A stretch of DNA of 64,000 nucleotides from Octopus sinensis (taxonomy: Eukaryota). Where the stretch lies: NCBI RefSeq assembly GCF_006345805.1, contig NC_043000.1:1116001-1180000 (forward strand), in the 5' to 3' direction. Within the stretch, counting starts at the first letter, position 1. Every line of letters starts with the position of its first letter. Shown in pieces: positions 62,142-64,000 of this stretch. The notes under the pieces were generated by a model. It was not told where the DNA came from. It made no database searches and saw only the letters and a list, made by a program, of their open reading frames with translations. Both the position numbers and the translations under genes were made by a program.

Positions 62142-62456
62142 AAAAGACCTCCTTCGGTCATGAATGATCATAGGATTATGCGTAGAAAGTTACCCTACGG
62201 GGTACAAGTCCAGGCAAGGTTGTTTATAGACGATCAGCAGTTGCCTATGCATATCAGCCTCCCCTCTGCACGCCACCGATATTATCGAAAGGGAAGGTAA
62301 AGGCCGATACGGCTTGGCACCGGTGACGTAGCAACTCCTTTCTACAGCTAAAAATAAAGTGTCTTGCTCAAGAACACAACGCACAGCCCGGTCCGGGAAT
62401 CGAACTCATTACCTCATGATTGCGAGACCGATACTCTAACCACTGAGCCATGCACC
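62142..62456 (-). mobile_element. Fourth-family SINE, second copy
   Basis: Homologous to 57142-57475. Confidence 0.8.
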
Positions 62457-62809
62457 TTTCACAAATACATACACATGAAGGTTCTAAAGAATTAACGCAA
62501 AAAGTCGACATAACTTTTCCATTAACTGACAGGTTGTTCAAACTGCACCTATCGATAGAATACCTCTTTCTACACATCGCTGGAAGGGGAGGTGAGTCGC
62601 TGCAATCTCTAACGGTCGAGCGTCCAGCACTGATGTGATCAAGGAAGGTCGAAATCACGTGTTCTGGTGGTGGTCTCGGCGCAGGAATTGTTGGGGGATT
62701 TATCTCCCTTCCAGTGATATAAACAAGTGTGCATTTTGCACGAAAAGCTATATGAAGGTTTTCTCTCAAGTAAAGTTTACCACAGTAAAGTTTGTTCTCG
62801 GAGAGTGAA

Positions 62810-62865
62810 ACACATCAACATCGGTTGTCAAGCGGTGGTTGAAGACACGCACGCATACACAAACA

Positions 62866-62926
<61 letters not shown>

Positions 62927-63520
62927 CAGCCTTCTTTCCGTTTCCATCTACCAAATCTACTTTGGTCAGCCCGAGGCTATAGTAGTTAACACTCACCGAA
63001 AGTGCCACGCAGTGGGACTGAACCCGGAACCATGTGACTGAGAAGCAACCTTTTTACTACACAGCCACACCTGCGCCAAGTTGTTTTAGCATTTTAATGT
63101 ACAGCTTCCTGTTCAAGGTAATTTTTTTTTTTTAAAGTCAAGGGGAACAATGCCTTTTTCTATTTTGGGTTTATAGGGGTTTTTTTTTTATTTCATTCTT
63201 CACAAGCTCATAAAAGAGGTCTAGATTTCTTTGCTATCTTTATCAGAGGAATAAACTCACATACAGAAATCAACGGAGATAATGAGTCTCGTTAAAACGG
63301 ACTCTAGAATACCTAGTGATTCACTTTTGCTCTTTAGGTCTACTTCCTACGATCTCATCACTTTTTCTAAATAGTATGGTTAAGAAGCTCTCTTGGCAAT
63401 CGCGTGGTTTCAAGTTCAGTCCCACTGTATGCCACCATGGGCAAGTGTCTTCTACTATAACTCCGAACCGACCAATACCTTGTGAATAAACTTGACAGAC
63501 GGAAACTATGTGGAAGCCTG

Positions 63521-63560
<40 letters not shown>
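62810..63560. mobile_element. Two diverged dominant-family SINE heads (62810-63077 minus, 63370-63560 plus)
   Basis: Family motifs cagtgggactgaacccggaaccatgtg and ggcaagtgtcttctactata. Confidence 0.7.
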
Positions 63561-63571
<11 letters not shown>

Positions 63572-64000
63572 GTACTTGTTCTCTTCTCTCCCCGCACTGC
63601 TTGACTTTGCCTTTCATCCGGGGACGGCTTTGTTTTTCATCCTTTCGATAAAACAAATACCAGCTGAGTGCTGGCTTTGTGCTAAAATTTGAAACTAATA
63701 TCTCACCGAGGTTTCTTCCTTCTGCAGTATTTGGTATATCATTCTCTAGATATTAATTTTCATTGTTCAACAGTTGATAAATTTCCTTTCATTGTTTCTA
63801 AAGAGCTTGATCTACCGAAACCTACAAACTTTTTCTTTATATTTAGCATTTTTGCCAGACTTTCCTTTAATTTTTGTCTTATCTCTTCTTCAACAGCCTC
63901 TTATCGTCTATGTACAAAGTTTTATTCTCTTTGAAGATCATCCCAATATCTTTCTTTCACCAAGTTCTTTGCAGTTATAACACTTATTCCTCTTAGATCG

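Noticed and set aside
62605-62670. CTGATGTGATC...GTCGAAATCACGTG motif and nearby AG|GTGAGT donor
   Set aside because: Core A9 missing, stems out of register; no acceptor or ORF to pair with the donor.

Overview
AT-rich, microsatellite-dense animal genomic DNA. The SINE families, mariner relic and effector-less single-exon C2H2 gene suggest octopus (Octopus sp.); this is recognition, not a search result. Only one credible host CDS is visible: a 283-aa, 10-finger C2H2 zinc-finger ORF (43613-44464, +). Nearly all other ORF-track entries are microsatellite or SINE artefacts. The rest is transposon-derived: at least five tRNA-headed or RTE-tailed SINE families; 3' relics of Tx1-like, R4/Dong-like, RTE and CR1/L2-like LINEs; mariner, hAT, piggyBac-like and pogo-like MITEs; Helentron-type (HINE) elements; fold-back elements; a possible solo LTR; and a U6 snRNA retrocopy. 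No CRISPR, rRNA or intact tRNA is supported. Strongest leads: (1) several families of minimal hammerhead ribozymes in Penelope-like inverted arrangements, including a tRNA-headed hammerhead element whose 9-bp tail motif has grown into a 2.4-kb array inside one target-site duplication (possible telomerase-like reiterative synthesis; inference); (2) a SINE with a Tx1-derived tail that lands on GGTAT sites, including its own head, building 184-bp tandem arrays; (3) a U6-SINE chimera with an 18-bp fold-back at the U6 5' end. Coordinates were counted by eye and may be off by a few bases.
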